Assembly: GCA_964634595.1 (NCBI GenBank)
Contig: CAZWKU010000002.1
Span: forward strand, 4,070-68,069
Reading direction: 5' to 3'
Origin: an uncultured Candidatus Saccharibacteria bacterium
GTDB taxonomy: Bacteria; Patescibacteriota; Minisyncoccia; Phycocordibacterales; Phycocordibacteraceae
Length of the DNA stretch: 64,000 nucleotides
In this document: positions 10,801-21,587 of the stretch, in pieces
Numbering within the stretch: the stretch's first letter is position 1
How the letters are laid out: every line of letters starts with the position of its first letter
Notes under the pieces: generated by a model
What the model was told of the DNA's origin: nothing
The model's input: the letters and a program-made list of their open reading frames with translations, nothing else
Database searches by the model: none
Made by a program: the position numbers and the translations under genes

Positions 10801-11003
10801 ATGGCTCTGCGTACACACTCCGCGAGATGCTTACCATTAAATCAGACGATATTACGGGTCGCTCGGCGGCATTTGACGCCATCGTGAAGGGTGAGCCTAT
10901 TGCCCACACCGGTACCCCGGCCTCTTTCTCTGTTCTCACCAACCAAATACGCGGTCTTGCGCTTGATGTGGAGCCGAAGGATCTCCCGCCTGAAGCCGAA
11001 TAA
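7827..11003 (+). CDS. rpoB: DNA-directed RNA polymerase subunit beta
   Basis: 1058 aa; conserved RpoB blocks (GRHGNKGV, NMQRQ region). Confidence 0.95.
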   Translation: MQKKPLPQKTFGAYQAPRVPFPDLVGHQSSSFDWLLKDGLKELFKEFSPIGDYSNKKFELKFEDFEIGEAKYDEDYARENMRTYEAPLKVSVTLRNKTLGTEKSQEIFLADLPMMTPHGSFIVSGVERVIVPQLARSFGAFFVSELIRGKPFFGAKIIPSRGVWIEIDSEADGAIFVKIDRKRKFPVTQLLTVFGAGLGEKIAEKFADDPEALAAIKATLVHDTATSVEEAYIEIHRRMRDGDLATPENAKNFVQALFGAERYDLSKVGRHRLNARFDLPITEKQLEKRTLSLADFTRIVAEIARLNSDPAARPDDIDHLGFRRVRFVGELLQSRMRVGMSRMKRNVQDRMSTIESDTTLPAALLNPRPFFAAVREFFTANQLSQFMDQQNILAELEHMRTLSALGPGGLTRERAGFEVRDVHSSHYGRLCPIHTPEGQNIGLILRLSTHGTTNDYGVIETPYVRVKNGKVTEEVISINALDEERETIAHGATKIDENGRIAEAVLEARRKGETVIVPREEITLIDASTYQMFSIATSMIPFVDHDDANRALMGSNMQKQATPVLLPEAPLVATGIETHAAKNTGRLVLALEAGEVSYVDARRIVVTNREGKKKEYRLQGLTQTNQNSAFCQRPSVLLGDKVKKGDVLADASSSAHGQMALGQNVRVAFMSWSGANYEDAIIISERLVEDAKFTTIHIEDFECVVRDTKLGAEVTTHDIPNVGELRLKNLDEEGVIRIGAEVRPGDILVGKVTPKGETQLTPEERLLRSIFGDKAKDVKDTSLRMEGGKRGRVIGVRVFSREKGDQLESGIIKKIVVVVAQVRNVSVGDKLAGRHGNKGVISRVLPVEDMPYDKDGNPVDIILTPLGVPSRMNLGQIMEMHLGLAANALGYQAVVPPFSGATAEEIRSELAAAGFDRSGKMTLYDGRTGEAFSQKIAVGYMYVLKLHHMVEDKIHMRSIGPYSLITQQPLGGKAQNGGQRFGEMEVWALLGYGSAYTLREMLTIKSDDITGRSAAFDAIVKGEPIAHTGTPASFSVLTNQIRGLALDVEPKDLPPEAE

Positions 11004-11031
11004 CTTTTATTAATCCTACTCTCTACTCACT

Positions 11032-14000
11032 ATGGCTTTCACCCCCCGCCGCCCGCATGCACCTCGCGACACCTGGAATGCGCTTGGCCTGAAGCTCGCT
11101 TCGCCTGAGCGTATCCTTGAATGGTCGCATGGTGAGATAACGAAGCCTGAGACTATCAACTACCGCACCCAGCGGTCAGAGAAGCATGGCCTCTTCGATG
11201 AGAAGATTTTTGGGCCTGAAAAGGATTACGAGTGCTACTGCGGTAAGTACAAGGGTATCCGTTACAAAGGCATTGTCTGTGATAAGTGCGGCGTTGAGAT
11301 AACACGCTCTATCGTGCGCCGTGAACGCATGGGCCACATTGAGCTTTGTACTCCGGTCGCGCATATCTGGTTCTTGCGTTCGGTGCCTTCGCGAATGGCG
11401 CTTTTGCTCGGTGCCTCGGCCGCCGAAATAGAGAAGGTTGTCTACTTCGCGGGCTATATTGTCACGAAGGTAAATGAAGACGGCAAGAAGCGGCTCCTCT
11501 CAGAACTTGAGAGCGAATATAAATCAAAATATAAGTCAACCCACGACGACAAAGAGCGCGATGCGCTTAAAGAGAAGATGTCGCTCGCTAAGGCAGAGAT
11601 CGACGGCATTTTGATTGGGCGCGTTCTTGACGAGCTTGAGTACCACCGCTTTTCGGTGAAGTATGGCGGCCTCTTTGAGGCTGAAATCGGTGCTGAGTCG
11701 ATTTACAAAATATTCCGCTCAATTGACCTTACTGACCTTGAGAAAACTCTCCTCGCGAAATATCAAAAGGCGGGTGCGGCAGAGCGCGAAAAGCTTGCAA
11801 AACGCCTCTCGCTTATCTCGGGCATGATCGCGGCGGGGATACGGCCGGAGTGGATGTTCCTCACGCGCATACCGGTTATCCCCCCAGCGCTTCGCCCCAT
11901 GGTGGCGCTTGAGGGTGGTCGCCATGCAACGTCAGACGTCAATGATCTGTATCGTCGGGTGATTAATCGCAACAACCGTTTAAAGAAGCTTCTCGACATT
12001 CATGCACCTGAGGTAATTCTCCGCAACGAGAAGCGCATCCTTCAAGAAGCCGTTGACGCTCTTCTCGACAACTCTATTCGCAAAGGGGGTGCGTCTGCGG
12101 GCGCGCTCACGCCAGCACAGCGCCGGCCACTCAAGAGCCTCGCTGATTATCTCAAGGGCAAGCAAGGGTACTTTCGTCAGAACCTGCTCGGTAAGCGTGT
12201 CGACTACTCGGGCCGTTCGGTTATTGTCGTTGGCCCTGATCTCGAACTCGATGAGTGTGGTCTCCCCAAGCATATGGCGCTTGAACTCTTTAGGCCCTTC
12301 GTTATTGCAGGGCTCCTTTCGCGCGAACTTGCTTTTAACATTCGTGGCGCTGGTCGTTTAATTGAAGATGGTGTCGCTGAAGTGTGGGAAATACTCGAAG
12401 AGGCGATTAAAGGCAAATACGTGCTCCTTAACCGTGCACCTACTCTGCACCGCCAAGGTATCCAAGCATTTCGCCCGCGCCTTATTGAGGGCGATGCGAT
12501 ACAACTTCACCCCTTGGTCTGTAACGCGTTTAACGCCGATTTTGATGGCGACCAAATGGCAGTGCACGTCCCCCTCTCTGAAGAGGCGCAGTGGGAAGCG
12601 GCAAACGTGATGAGTGCCAATAAAAATATACTGAAGCCTGGTTCGGGCGAAATGATAGTGCTCACGGGGAAGCCTCTGGATATCGTACTAGGCGTGTACT
12701 GGCTTACTCGCGGTATTGCGGGCGCGAAGGGAGAGGGTCAGCACTTCAACTCACCGAATGCGGCGATTCTGGCGCACGAGTACGACGCGATTGATCTGCG
12801 TGCTTCAATCAATGTGATACCAACATCTGAGAAGGCAAAATATGCCCACTTTGAGGGCAGGGCGTTTGAAACGACGGTCGGCCGACTCCTCTTTAACACC
12901 GTGCTCCCGTCAGACTACCCCTATGTGAACGATGCGATTACCAAGAAAGTGCTATCAAAAATTGTGAATGAGTGCGGTATACGCTACGGGCTTGATCGCG
13001 TCCCTGAAATTGTGAATAAGGTGAAGCGCTTCGGCTTTGAATACGCGACACGTTCAGGTGTTTCGTGGTCGCTCGACGACATTATCGTGCCCGCGGGCAA
13101 GACCCAGATAGTTGAGGGCGCACGCGAAAAGGTGGCACGTATCGACAGCGACTTCAGAAACGGTCTCCTCTCTGAAGATGAGAAGCGTCGTATGGTTATT
13201 GAAATATGGCAGGGTGCGAAACAAGATATTGAAAAATTGGTGGCTGAGACACTTGATCCTATGGGCTCGGTGGCTGACATGGTTACCTCGGGTGCTCGTG
13301 GTTCGATGGGGCAGGTGACCCAGATGGCGGGTATGAAAGGGCTTATCCAAAACACGCAAGGCGAGACTATCGAGGTACCCATTATCTCTTCGTTTAGCGA
13401 AGGCTTGAACCCGATTGAGTACTTCATGTCGACGCACGGCGCGCGCAAAGGTCTTACTGACACTGCGCTTGGTACTGCAAAGGCGGGGTATCTCACGCGC
13501 CGACTCTTTGACGTTGCGCAAGACTCGATAATCACTGAAGAAGATTGCAAGACCAAACGTGGAGTAGCGATACGCCGCGTGTCAGCCTCGGGCATCAAAA
13601 TTGACTATGCTGAGACTATTGCAGGCCGCGTGCTGGCTGAAGACGCAAAGGATGCTGCGGGTGAAGTGCTGTTTAAGCGTGGGCACTATCTTGCCCCAGA
13701 AGATGCGAGAAAAATTGCTGCATCCTCGGCTGAGATGGTCATGGTTCGTGGTGCGATGGGTTGCGAGACGCGCTTTGGTGTCTGTCAAAAATGCTATGGT
13801 GTCGACCTCACGACCAAAAAAATGGTAGACCTTGGTGAGGCAGTGGGCACGGTTGCCGCACAGGCTATTGGTGAGCCGGGTACCCAGCTCACTATGCGTA
13901 CCTTCCATGCTGGTGGCGTTGCTTCAGTTGGTGGCGACATCACGCAAGGCCTCCCGCGCGTGGAGGAGGTGTTTGAAAAACGATCTCCCCAAAACCCCGC

Positions 14001-14763
14001 AGTTATCTCGAAGACAGACGGCATTGTGAGCGAAATTAAAGAGCTTGGTCGCGAGAAGGTGCTTGTGGTTGCGCCTGCCGCCGGTACGGGTAAGAAGGAT
14101 GGCTCTGCTTATGAATACTTGGCGCCATATCCGCGCATGGCCTTGGTGAAAGCGGGCGACGAGGTGAAGAAGGGCCAGATTTTAACCGACGGCTCAGCAG
14201 ACCTCGATCAGCTCTTCGAGTACGCAGGGCGCGAGCCAGTACAGGAGTATATTATCGCTGAAGCCTCGAAGATCTACGAGCTCCAGGGCGCACCGGTCTC
14301 TCGTAAGCACCTTGAGGTGATCGTGAAGCAGATGTTCTCACGAGTTAAGGTGACAGACTCAGGCGACACAGACTACTCGGTCGGCGACGTGATTGAAGAT
14401 TGGGAGTACGCTCAGGCACTCAAAGACTCTGAAGCGGCAGGCAAGATGCCCCCTAAGGCTGAAGACATTGTGCTCGGTATTAAAGAGAGCGCGCTCTCAC
14501 GCCGCTCCTTCCTCTCTGCGGCGTCATTCGAGCAGACTACAAAGATACTTATCACGGCCTCTCTGAAAGGCTCGATTGATCGCTTGCGCGGCCTCAAGGA
14601 GAACGTGATCTTGGGTCGCCTTATCCCTGCGGGTACTGGCTTTGCGGGTAGTGAAAAGTACGCCGCTATCAAAAAGCTTCAGGCCTCTCGCCCAGTGCCT
14701 GTGCGCGAAGATCGCTCGGTACCGTTTGCCAGCAAGCCCTCTTTCGGCAAAACCGTCCGCTAA
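11032..14763 (+). CDS. rpoC: DNA-directed RNA polymerase subunit beta'
   Basis: 1243 aa; Zn-finger CxxC...CxxC, NADFDGD catalytic motif. Confidence 0.95.
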   Translation: MAFTPRRPHAPRDTWNALGLKLASPERILEWSHGEITKPETINYRTQRSEKHGLFDEKIFGPEKDYECYCGKYKGIRYKGIVCDKCGVEITRSIVRRERMGHIELCTPVAHIWFLRSVPSRMALLLGASAAEIEKVVYFAGYIVTKVNEDGKKRLLSELESEYKSKYKSTHDDKERDALKEKMSLAKAEIDGILIGRVLDELEYHRFSVKYGGLFEAEIGAESIYKIFRSIDLTDLEKTLLAKYQKAGAAEREKLAKRLSLISGMIAAGIRPEWMFLTRIPVIPPALRPMVALEGGRHATSDVNDLYRRVINRNNRLKKLLDIHAPEVILRNEKRILQEAVDALLDNSIRKGGASAGALTPAQRRPLKSLADYLKGKQGYFRQNLLGKRVDYSGRSVIVVGPDLELDECGLPKHMALELFRPFVIAGLLSRELAFNIRGAGRLIEDGVAEVWEILEEAIKGKYVLLNRAPTLHRQGIQAFRPRLIEGDAIQLHPLVCNAFNADFDGDQMAVHVPLSEEAQWEAANVMSANKNILKPGSGEMIVLTGKPLDIVLGVYWLTRGIAGAKGEGQHFNSPNAAILAHEYDAIDLRASINVIPTSEKAKYAHFEGRAFETTVGRLLFNTVLPSDYPYVNDAITKKVLSKIVNECGIRYGLDRVPEIVNKVKRFGFEYATRSGVSWSLDDIIVPAGKTQIVEGAREKVARIDSDFRNGLLSEDEKRRMVIEIWQGAKQDIEKLVAETLDPMGSVADMVTSGARGSMGQVTQMAGMKGLIQNTQGETIEVPIISSFSEGLNPIEYFMSTHGARKGLTDTALGTAKAGYLTRRLFDVAQDSIITEEDCKTKRGVAIRRVSASGIKIDYAETIAGRVLAEDAKDAAGEVLFKRGHYLAPEDARKIAASSAEMVMVRGAMGCETRFGVCQKCYGVDLTTKKMVDLGEAVGTVAAQAIGEPGTQLTMRTFHAGGVASVGGDITQGLPRVEEVFEKRSPQNPAVISKTDGIVSEIKELGREKVLVVAPAAGTGKKDGSAYEYLAPYPRMALVKAGDEVKKGQILTDGSADLDQLFEYAGREPVQEYIIAEASKIYELQGAPVSRKHLEVIVKQMFSRVKVTDSGDTDYSVGDVIEDWEYAQALKDSEAAGKMPPKAEDIVLGIKESALSRRSFLSAASFEQTTKILITASLKGSIDRLRGLKENVILGRLIPAGTGFAGSEKYAAIKKLQASRPVPVREDRSVPFASKPSFGKTVR

Positions 14764-14814
14764 AGTAGCGATAATAAAAAAGTGAACGCCGCCTCTTTCG
14801 GGGCGGCGTTTGCG
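14763..14814 (+). terminator. rpoC terminator (GCCGCCTCTTTCGGGGCGGC) lying inside a 52-bp direct repeat, copy 1
   Basis: Hairpin; 50/52 identical to 15717-15768. Confidence 0.6.
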
Positions 14815-15462
14815 TTACGATTTGGTTTCGGTTGCAATCAAGTGTTTTTGGTCTGGAGTAAGTTTGGGGAGCTGATTTGCCGTTTGGTATATATCCCAGA
14901 GTGGCTCCCAATCGGCCCGAAAGACTTCGAGGATGATTTCGTCTACATATTTACCATCATGAAACAATTGCTCTTTGTGTCTCCCGCAAATGCGATACCC
15001 ACATTTGATCAAGTGGCCGAGGCTTTGCGCATTCCATCCCTTAACGACAGAGGTTAGTTTGCGTAGCCCGAGTACCATAATGGCGTGGTATTGCAGGAGC
15101 AATTTCGCTTCAGTGCCATAGCCGCGCGCTTGGCTATGATCAGCACCGAGTACAGAGCCGGTCTTTGCTCGTCCGTCTGGCCACGTAATACCGTGAATAC
15201 CGGTGTGGCCGATATACCGACAGCCTTCACTCCCTTCAGTTTTGGTGTGCTCTAACACGGCGAACACCTCATCTTTGCCTTTAGATGTACTGTGGCTGCG
15301 CACCCAGTCTTGCCAGTTTTGTGGCGTGTAGGGTGGGCGCTGTAGTGTACCCTCTATGCCAATTCGTTTGTTCGGCCATGGCAGGTACTCTGCGCCGTAC
15401 TCTTCTTGCACGATCCCAAGCGATACGTGTACGAGGCCCTTGTAGGCAATAATGTGCTGCAT
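14815..15462 (-). CDS. GNAT family N-acetyltransferase
   Basis: GNAT acetyl-CoA motif region QARGYGTEAKLLLQYHAIMVLGLRKL. Confidence 0.7.
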   Translation of the reverse strand: MQHIIAYKGLVHVSLGIVQEEYGAEYLPWPNKRIGIEGTLQRPPYTPQNWQDWVRSHSTSKGKDEVFAVLEHTKTEGSEGCRYIGHTGIHGITWPDGRAKTGSVLGADHSQARGYGTEAKLLLQYHAIMVLGLRKLTSVVKGWNAQSLGHLIKCGYRICGRHKEQLFHDGKYVDEIILEVFRADWEPLWDIYQTANQLPKLTPDQKHLIATETKS

Positions 15463-15716
15463 TTCGAACTCCTTTCAAAGATCATGCTCTCTCAAAAATC
15501 GAAAACCTCGGCTTTCGCAGAGCCGAGGTCTTTCTTGGGTGTGGAGTGTTTACGAAGAAAAATCGCGGCTATGCATAAGCGTGCGCAAAAGCGCCAAGAG
15601 AGATGCTCTTGGTGCACACCGGCTGCATATCGCAATACCAATTCATAAAATGGACCCTACTTTACTATGATTAAGTTGTCAACCCACTGTAAGGACGGTC
15701 CTTACGGTGTAGTAAA

Positions 15717-15768
15717 AGTAGTGATAATGAAAAAGTGAACGCCGCCTCTTTCGGGGCGGCGTTTGCGC
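15717..15768 (+). repeat. 52-bp direct repeat copy 2 (duplicate of rpoC terminator region)
   Basis: AAGTAGTGATAATGAAAAAGTGAACGCCGCCTCTTTCGGGGCGGCGTTTGCG versus copy 1, 2 mismatches. Confidence 0.6.
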
Positions 15769-15936
15769 GTGCAAGATGTTTTACCTATCCTCCTCTACAA
15801 AGGCTCCCATCATAGCGGTAGCGAGCACCACGGTTGTAGGTCGTGGGGACCATGACCTATATAATATTATACACCTCTGCCAATCTCTTGTCAATACCCC
15901 CTGCAAGGGGGTGGAGAAACAGGGTAAAGTGAGGGC

Positions 15937-17640
15937 ATGGCGCAGGATACGGTACAAGAGGTAAAACGAAAGCTCTCAATACAAGATGTGGTAGCCCCCT
16001 TCATGAAGCTCCGGAAGGCGGGCCGCTCCTTGGTTGGGCTCTGCCCCTTTCATAAGGAGAAAACAGGCTCATTTCATGTTTCTCTAGAGCGGGGGAGTTA
16101 CCACTGCTTTGGGTGCGGCGAAGGTGGCGACGCATTTTCGTTTATTCAAAAAGTTGAGGGCGTTGACTTTAAGGGCGCGCTCAAAATACTTGCTGAAAAA
16201 GCTGGTGTCCCACTTGAGTACGAGAGCTTTGCTCGTGGTAAGGAGGTGCGCGAGAAAGTAGACAGGCTCCGTGAGGCGATGGCGCGCGCTGTTGAGTTTT
16301 ATGTCGCCCGACTAGAGGCGAGTAGTGCGCTAGGCTATGCGACCGGGCGAGGCCTCACCCCAGAGACCATACAGAGCTGGCAACTGGGCTACGCACCTGA
16401 TGATTGGCGTATGGTGCTTGAACACCTGCGCAAGGCTGGTTTCTCGACTGAAGAGATGCTTGCGGCAGGGCTTATCAAAGAGGCTGATGGCAAGCAAGGT
16501 ACCTACTATGACCGCTTTCGTAATCGGCTTATGTTCCCGATACGCGACACCGCAGGGCGAATGGTAGCGTTTACTGGGCGCATCTTGCCCGGTGAGCCGA
16601 GTGCGGGAGTCGAGCCGGCTAAATATCTTAATAGCCCAGAGACCGAGCTGTACCATAAGTCAGAAGTGCTTTTTGGCCTTGATCGGGCAAAAGATGCGAT
16701 ACGTACGCGCGGCTTTGCACTCTTGGTTGAAGGGCAAATGGATCTCTTGCATACGCACCAGGCCGGGTTTGAAAATACCGTGGCGCTCTCGGGCACAGCT
16801 TTTACCGCTGACCATGCGCGGCTTTTGAAGCGTTTTAGTGACAATCTTATGCTCTGTCTCGATGCTGATCATGCAGGACTCACTGCGACGCACAAGTCTG
16901 CTCTCGTAGCACTCACGAGCGGCATGCGGGTAAAGGCAGTACGGTTGCCTTCGGGTAAAGACCCGGCTGACGCTATAGGTGAAGATAAAGAGAAGTTCAA
17001 GCGAAGTGTGGTAGAGGCGCTCCCGATAGTTGAATTTTTTCTCACGGTCTTAGGCGAGCGCGAGCGTGACCAGCACCGCTTGGTGCTTGCTGCCGAGCGT
17101 ATCGTCCTCCCACTGCTTGCGGCTATTGCAAGCCCCCTCGAGCAATCGCATTTTATGCACATTACCGCGCGCGCCCTTGATCTTACCCCTGAAGCTGTGG
17201 CAAAGGCACTCCAACAGCGGGAGAGGCGTGCGGTAGTACCGCCTGGTGAGGCGGTGCACGAGAAAGAAGCAGCAAGCCCAAAACGATCTGCGCGTGAAGC
17301 GAGGGGTGAAATGATCGCGGCACTCGCGCGCGCCTATCCCGACACCCCACTTGCGAGCCGTATCAAAACAGAGTACGCTCGTATTACCGAAGCCCCTTTA
17401 CCGGAGACGGTGCCTGACGCGGCAGTTTTTGCTGTTGAGGCACACTATGGCGAGAGCCCCTCTCCTGAAGCGGCTGACGAATTGCTTACCGCCTTTGAAG
17501 CGGCTTTTGTCCGCGAGGCGTATCAAGCGGCGATAGCCGACCTCCGCCGTGCAGAACGGAGCGCAGATACAGAGCGTATTAGGGTCGCACACCAGGCGAC
17601 CACGATACTTTCAAAACGACTTGCTACTCTTACTCAATAA
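15937..17640 (+). CDS. dnaG: DNA primase
   Basis: CHC2 zinc finger [14 protein letters not shown]...HCFGCG; TOPRIM region. Confidence 0.9.
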   Translation: MAQDTVQEVKRKLSIQDVVAPFMKLRKAGRSLVGLCPFHKEKTGSFHVSLERGSYHCFGCGEGGDAFSFIQKVEGVDFKGALKILAEKAGVPLEYESFARGKEVREKVDRLREAMARAVEFYVARLEASSALGYATGRGLTPETIQSWQLGYAPDDWRMVLEHLRKAGFSTEEMLAAGLIKEADGKQGTYYDRFRNRLMFPIRDTAGRMVAFTGRILPGEPSAGVEPAKYLNSPETELYHKSEVLFGLDRAKDAIRTRGFALLVEGQMDLLHTHQAGFENTVALSGTAFTADHARLLKRFSDNLMLCLDADHAGLTATHKSALVALTSGMRVKAVRLPSGKDPADAIGEDKEKFKRSVVEALPIVEFFLTVLGERERDQHRLVLAAERIVLPLLAAIASPLEQSHFMHITARALDLTPEAVAKALQQRERRAVVPPGEAVHEKEAASPKRSAREARGEMIAALARAYPDTPLASRIKTEYARITEAPLPETVPDAAVFAVEAHYGESPSPEAADELLTAFEAAFVREAYQAAIADLRRAERSADTERIRVAHQATTILSKRLATLTQ

Positions 17641-17648
17641 TCTTTTGC

Positions 17649-18863
17649 ATGGCTAAAAAAAAGACAAAAAAAGCGAAGCATGTGCAACGCAAGTCTACCG
17701 CGCTCAAGCGGGGGCGTACTGCGCTCAGCCGAGTAAAGCGCGCACAGGTGAAACGGGTGGTGAAGATAGCGGCAACGGGCGCAAAGGCGCGCGCCGCTGT
17801 CGCACGCGAGACCTCAGCCGATCAACTGATTGCAAAAGGCAAGGAGCGTGGCTACGTCACCTATAACGAGATCCTCAAAGTTTTTCCTCATGTTGAAGAG
17901 GACGTGCACTTTCTCGAGTCTTTATATGAGCGTTTCTCGACTGCAGGAGTTGATGTGCTTGAGGGTGGGATGCTTGAAGACACCACCGACGAGTACCTTG
18001 CCACCAAAAATATCAAAGACCGCCAGTCAACTACCTATGATTCGATACAGATATATCTTCGCGAGATTGGCCAGTACCCTCTTCTGACGGGCGCTGAAGA
18101 GCGTGAGCTCGCAAAGCGCATTGAGAAGGGTGACAACGAGGCTCGTAATATCCTTGCCCGCAGCAACCTGCGCCTTGTGGTGTCAATTGCAAAAAAGTAC
18201 GTAGGTCGTTCGCCCGACCTCACCCTCCTTGACCTTATTCAAGAAGGGAATCTTGGCCTCTTTCGTGCCGTAGATAAGTTTGATTGGAATAAGGGTTTCA
18301 AATTTTCTACCTATGCGACGTGGTGGATACGCCAAGCTATTACGCGCGCGCTTGCTGACCAGTCGCGCACTATACGTATCCCGGTTCACATGGTTGAGAC
18401 TATTGCCAAATACAAGCAGGTCTCGCGCCGCCTCGCACAGGCGCTTGGTCGCGACCCACAACCTGAAGAGATAGCGGTTGAGATGGGAGTTGAACCCGAG
18501 AAGATTTACCAGATCGAGAAGATCAACCAAGACACACTCTCATTAGAGAACCCGGTTGGCTCAGATGATGATGAAAAGAGCACACTCGGAGACTTTATTG
18601 CCGATGATAAGATACCCTCGCCCGTGCAGGAGTCTTCAGAGCGTATCCTCTCTGAACAGGTCCGCGGCATTTTAAACGATCTTTCGCCCAAGGAGCGCAA
18701 GATTCTTGAGATGCGGCACGGGCTCCTTGACGGGATCTATCACACGCTTGAAGAGGTGGGTAAAGAGTTTGGCGTCACACGCGAGCGCATCCGCCAAATC
18801 GAGGCGAAGGCGCTTGAAAAGATACGCACCCACGACAAGGCGCGTCATTTGAAAAGCTATTAA
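17649..18863 (+). CDS. rpoD: RNA polymerase sigma-70 factor (primary sigma)
   Basis: Regions 1.2-4.2 present; dnaG-rpoD synteny. Confidence 0.9.
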   Translation: MAKKKTKKAKHVQRKSTALKRGRTALSRVKRAQVKRVVKIAATGAKARAAVARETSADQLIAKGKERGYVTYNEILKVFPHVEEDVHFLESLYERFSTAGVDVLEGGMLEDTTDEYLATKNIKDRQSTTYDSIQIYLREIGQYPLLTGAEERELAKRIEKGDNEARNILARSNLRLVVSIAKKYVGRSPDLTLLDLIQEGNLGLFRAVDKFDWNKGFKFSTYATWWIRQAITRALADQSRTIRIPVHMVETIAKYKQVSRRLAQALGRDPQPEEIAVEMGVEPEKIYQIEKINQDTLSLENPVGSDDDEKSTLGDFIADDKIPSPVQESSERILSEQVRGILNDLSPKERKILEMRHGLLDGIYHTLEEVGKEFGVTRERIRQIEAKALEKIRTHDKARHLKSY

Positions 18864-18885
18864 AAACAAATAGGATACACATCGT

Positions 18886-19296
18886 ATGTCTGCACAGGGT
18901 AATTTTGTCACAGTGCTTGGGTGCATGGATGGTCGCTGTCAGGCAAAGACGGTCATTTTTGCTAAAAAGCTTTTCAAGGCGCAACACGTCGATACGATTA
19001 CCGAGCCGGGTATGGACAAGGTCTTGGCGGGTGGCGCGCACGCGGTCGCCGATAAAGAGTTTCTCCCCCATCTTCGAAAATGGATCAAGCGCAAAGCTCT
19101 GATTTCTGCAAAGGGTCATGGCTCTAAACACGTGCTCATAACGGGGCACATGAGCTGTGCGGGCAACCCCGTCTCGTATGAAGAGCATATTGCGCACCTT
19201 ACTGCCGCAAAAAAGTCTGTAGGGAAGTGGAAGCTTTTTGAGAAGATCCACGTTGCTGTGTTCGATGAAAAGTGGATGTTGAAAGCGCTGATGTAA
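18886..19296 (+). CDS. Small protein with beta-carbonic-anhydrase-like metal-binding motifs (CxDxR...HxxC), function uncertain
   Basis: GCMDGRCQ and ITGHMSCAGN. Confidence 0.4.
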   Translation: MSAQGNFVTVLGCMDGRCQAKTVIFAKKLFKAQHVDTITEPGMDKVLAGGAHAVADKEFLPHLRKWIKRKALISAKGHGSKHVLITGHMSCAGNPVSYEEHIAHLTAAKKSVGKWKLFEKIHVAVFDEKWMLKALM

Positions 19297-19300
19297 GAAA

Positions 19301-19340
19301 ACAGCCGCCCTCTCTAAGGGCGGCTGTAACGGTTTTTGTA
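19301..19340. terminator. Bidirectional terminator between convergent genes (ACAGCCGCCC...GGGCGGCTGT)
   Basis: GC hairpin with flanking T/A runs. Confidence 0.5.
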
Positions 19341-19349
19341 GTACGAGGG

Positions 19350-19952
19350 TCAGGCAGCTGAGAGAAGATTTCTTGCGGTCTGCGGATATGCTGACCACGA
19401 GCCCCGGTTCAAATGATAGGTCGCGTAGGGAACTGTTTTGTCAGAATCGTATACATGGAACCACACCCTCAAATCAGGTACGTCGAGATCTTTTGTCGCG
19501 TTACGAATGCGATCTTTCGCGGTAAAGAGCAATGCGCATTCGTTATGGATTGAAAGTCTGTGTAGCCGAGCCATACCGCAGGGGGCATGAGCGTAGAGAA
19601 TGACTGCTTTTGGCTGTTTCAACTGTATCGCGCCGACGAGATTTTCGAGTAAGACAGCATCATCGTGGCGTCGACTCCCGTCTTCACGCCTAAGCAAGGG
19701 AGATTCATTGGGGATAAGAAGTGCTCCGCCATTGAGTGAAAGCGGATGATGCAACTGCTCATCTTTGTGTCCGCAGATTTGTGTGTGGTATGTGAAGAGA
19801 TCGCCAAAATGGTGACCGTCAGCGCACGGGATAAAGATAGTGCCGGAGCGCATATTTTCGAGCAGAGCAGTATTAATCTCTTGAAATACTCCTGCGTCTC
19901 GCAAATCTTTGATTTCGGTGCGTTCATCGTGAGAAAGAACAATCTTCACCAT
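19350..19952 (-). CDS. Hypothetical protein, paralog-like of 18886..19296 (CxDGH...HxxCG motifs)
   Basis: IPCADGHHF and YAHAPCGMA with spacing similar to the neighbour. Confidence 0.4.
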   Translation of the reverse strand: MVKIVLSHDERTEIKDLRDAGVFQEINTALLENMRSGTIFIPCADGHHFGDLFTYHTQICGHKDEQLHHPLSLNGGALLIPNESPLLRREDGSRRHDDAVLLENLVGAIQLKQPKAVILYAHAPCGMARLHRLSIHNECALLFTAKDRIRNATKDLDVPDLRVWFHVYDSDKTVPYATYHLNRGSWSAYPQTARNLLSAA

Positions 19953-20011
19953 GGAGCTTCTCCTGTCATGGCGGTTGAGACTATGATTAAATATACCATT
20001 TTTCTTAACGT

Positions 20012-20911
20012 TTGCCTAGTGGGTACGCAGGGGTTCGCGGCATATATACTCTCTGCATGGCACGGCGCAAAAAAGTGAGTAAACTCCCCATAGCATATTG
20101 GAGCCACTCCTCGCTGATGGCATTTTTGCGCAACCCGCTTACCTGGTACAAACGGTACGTGAAAAAAATATATGACACGCCGTCAAACCCCTCGAGTATT
20201 GTTGGGAGGGCGGGGCACCTCGCGCTCCAGCACTTTTATCAAGGGGTCGATAAAGACACTGCAATACAGCTCGGGCTTGAGTACGTGCGAGGCGTGCCTG
20301 ACTTTGAGCTTAATTTCGGGAGAGCGAAGACGCGCACTGCGCGCCGAGCGAAGCGCGCGGGTATGGAGCGAGAGTACCTCCAGGCGATCGGCTACTATCT
20401 TGCGAAGCCTCCCAAGCACCAGGTGCTTGGGGTAGAGGTGATGGGTGTAGCAACGGTTAAAGGGCTCCCGCTACCCGTAAAGGCTATCTCAGACCTGGTG
20501 GTCGAGTCGCGGGTCGCGGCGGGCGCGGTTGATATTGTTGACCATAAATTTGTGGATACGTTTTCAAAAGGTGGTAAGGACAAGTCGCTGTTTGTCCTCC
20601 AGGCAATTTTTAATTTTTATACGGTTGGCGCGCTCTATGGTAAACCAGTGCACCGCTTTATTGTGTATGAATGTAAAAAATCAAAAAATAGTGATGGTCA
20701 CGCTCAGCTTCGTCGCTATGTGATCCATTACGCAGAGGTGAGAGAAGAGTTCGCTCTCTTTCATCGCCTCATCAACGACGCGACTGCTGATTTGGCACAG
20801 CGAACCATCTTTTTGCCCAACCCGTCAGATATGTTCGAAGGGGAGCACTCCTTTGATCTCTATCGTCTCGAGCTCATTAACACCGCAGATTCTGACCCGT
20901 CTAACGAATAG
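20012..20911 (+). CDS. PD-(D/E)XK nuclease superfamily protein (RecB/Cas4-like core)
   Basis: ISDLVVE...VDIVDHKF (D-E-K core) and downstream QAIFNFY (QxxxY). Confidence 0.55.
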   Translation: MPSGYAGVRGIYTLCMARRKKVSKLPIAYWSHSSLMAFLRNPLTWYKRYVKKIYDTPSNPSSIVGRAGHLALQHFYQGVDKDTAIQLGLEYVRGVPDFELNFGRAKTRTARRAKRAGMEREYLQAIGYYLAKPPKHQVLGVEVMGVATVKGLPLPVKAISDLVVESRVAAGAVDIVDHKFVDTFSKGGKDKSLFVLQAIFNFYTVGALYGKPVHRFIVYECKKSKNSDGHAQLRRYVIHYAEVREEFALFHRLINDATADLAQRTIFLPNPSDMFEGEHSFDLYRLELINTADSDPSNE

Positions 20912-21587
20912 CCTCAAGTGCGCTGTCTATCACGTCGCGCAAATCAGCATACCCCCACGCACCGGGGAGCACGACTGAATCTGCGCCCCGCACGAGCATA
21001 AGTGTGTGGGGGGTGCCTATGGCGCCGCTTTGCATCACCTCGGCTCGTTCTCGGTCGATCTTTGCGTCAATGCCGTTTGTGGCGGCAGATCGTACACAGG
21101 CAAGCACCTCTACGGAGTTGGCTCCTGCCTTTTGAGCAAGCTCACCATGCTTGGTCGGCGCCACAGGTTGATCGTGGTAGAGGAGGTCGGTAAACGCGAG
21201 GTAGGAAGTAGTGCCCGCAACTCTCGCGACGCACTCAGCCGCCCGGGCGTGCTGTTTCGCATTCTCACTGCGCTCAGTAATAGGGAAATTTCTGTACATA
21301 ATCGCTACGGTGCCCTGTACTCCATAGGTCTCTCCTACGCGACGGAGCGTCAGCGCAAAGTCTCTACAGTGCGAGCATTCAAAGTCGGTGTAGTTTATTA
21401 AAATCACGGGTGCGCTTGGGTTGCCAAGGACAGTATCTTGCGGCATAAGAGGTGAGATGGCCGCTATAGTCGCTGCAGGTTCACCCTGGGTAGGCAGGGC
21501 TGTTTCTCGGATACTCACCCACAGGGCAATGGCGAGTATCCCGCCCCCGGCAATGATGGCAAGGGGGATAATAAGAGAGTTTTTCAT
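20901..21587 (-). CDS. Membrane-anchored DsbA-like thiol:disulfide oxidoreductase
   Basis: N-terminal TM helix; thioredoxin-fold CxxC (FECSHCRDF). Confidence 0.7.
   Translation of the reverse strand: MKNSLIIPLAIIAGGGILAIALWVSIRETALPTQGEPAATIAAISPLMPQDTVLGNPSAPVILINYTDFECSHCRDFALTLRRVGETYGVQGTVAIMYRNFPITERSENAKQHARAAECVARVAGTTSYLAFTDLLYHDQPVAPTKHGELAQKAGANSVEVLACVRSAATNGIDAKIDRERAEVMQSGAIGTPHTLMLVRGADSVVLPGAWGYADLRDVIDSALEAIR

Noticed and set aside
7986-14672. Numerous antisense/overlapping ORFs inside rpoB and rpoC (for example 8075..8563, 12984..13598)
   Set aside because: Fully embedded in strongly conserved RNAP genes on the opposite strand or an alternate frame; products are low-complexity.
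15504-15527. Hairpin CCTCGGCTTTCGCAGAGCCGAGG as a plus-strand terminator
   Set aside because: No plus-strand gene ends upstream of it. It lies in the leader of the minus-strand GNAT gene, inside the inserted segment. Function is unclear, so not called.
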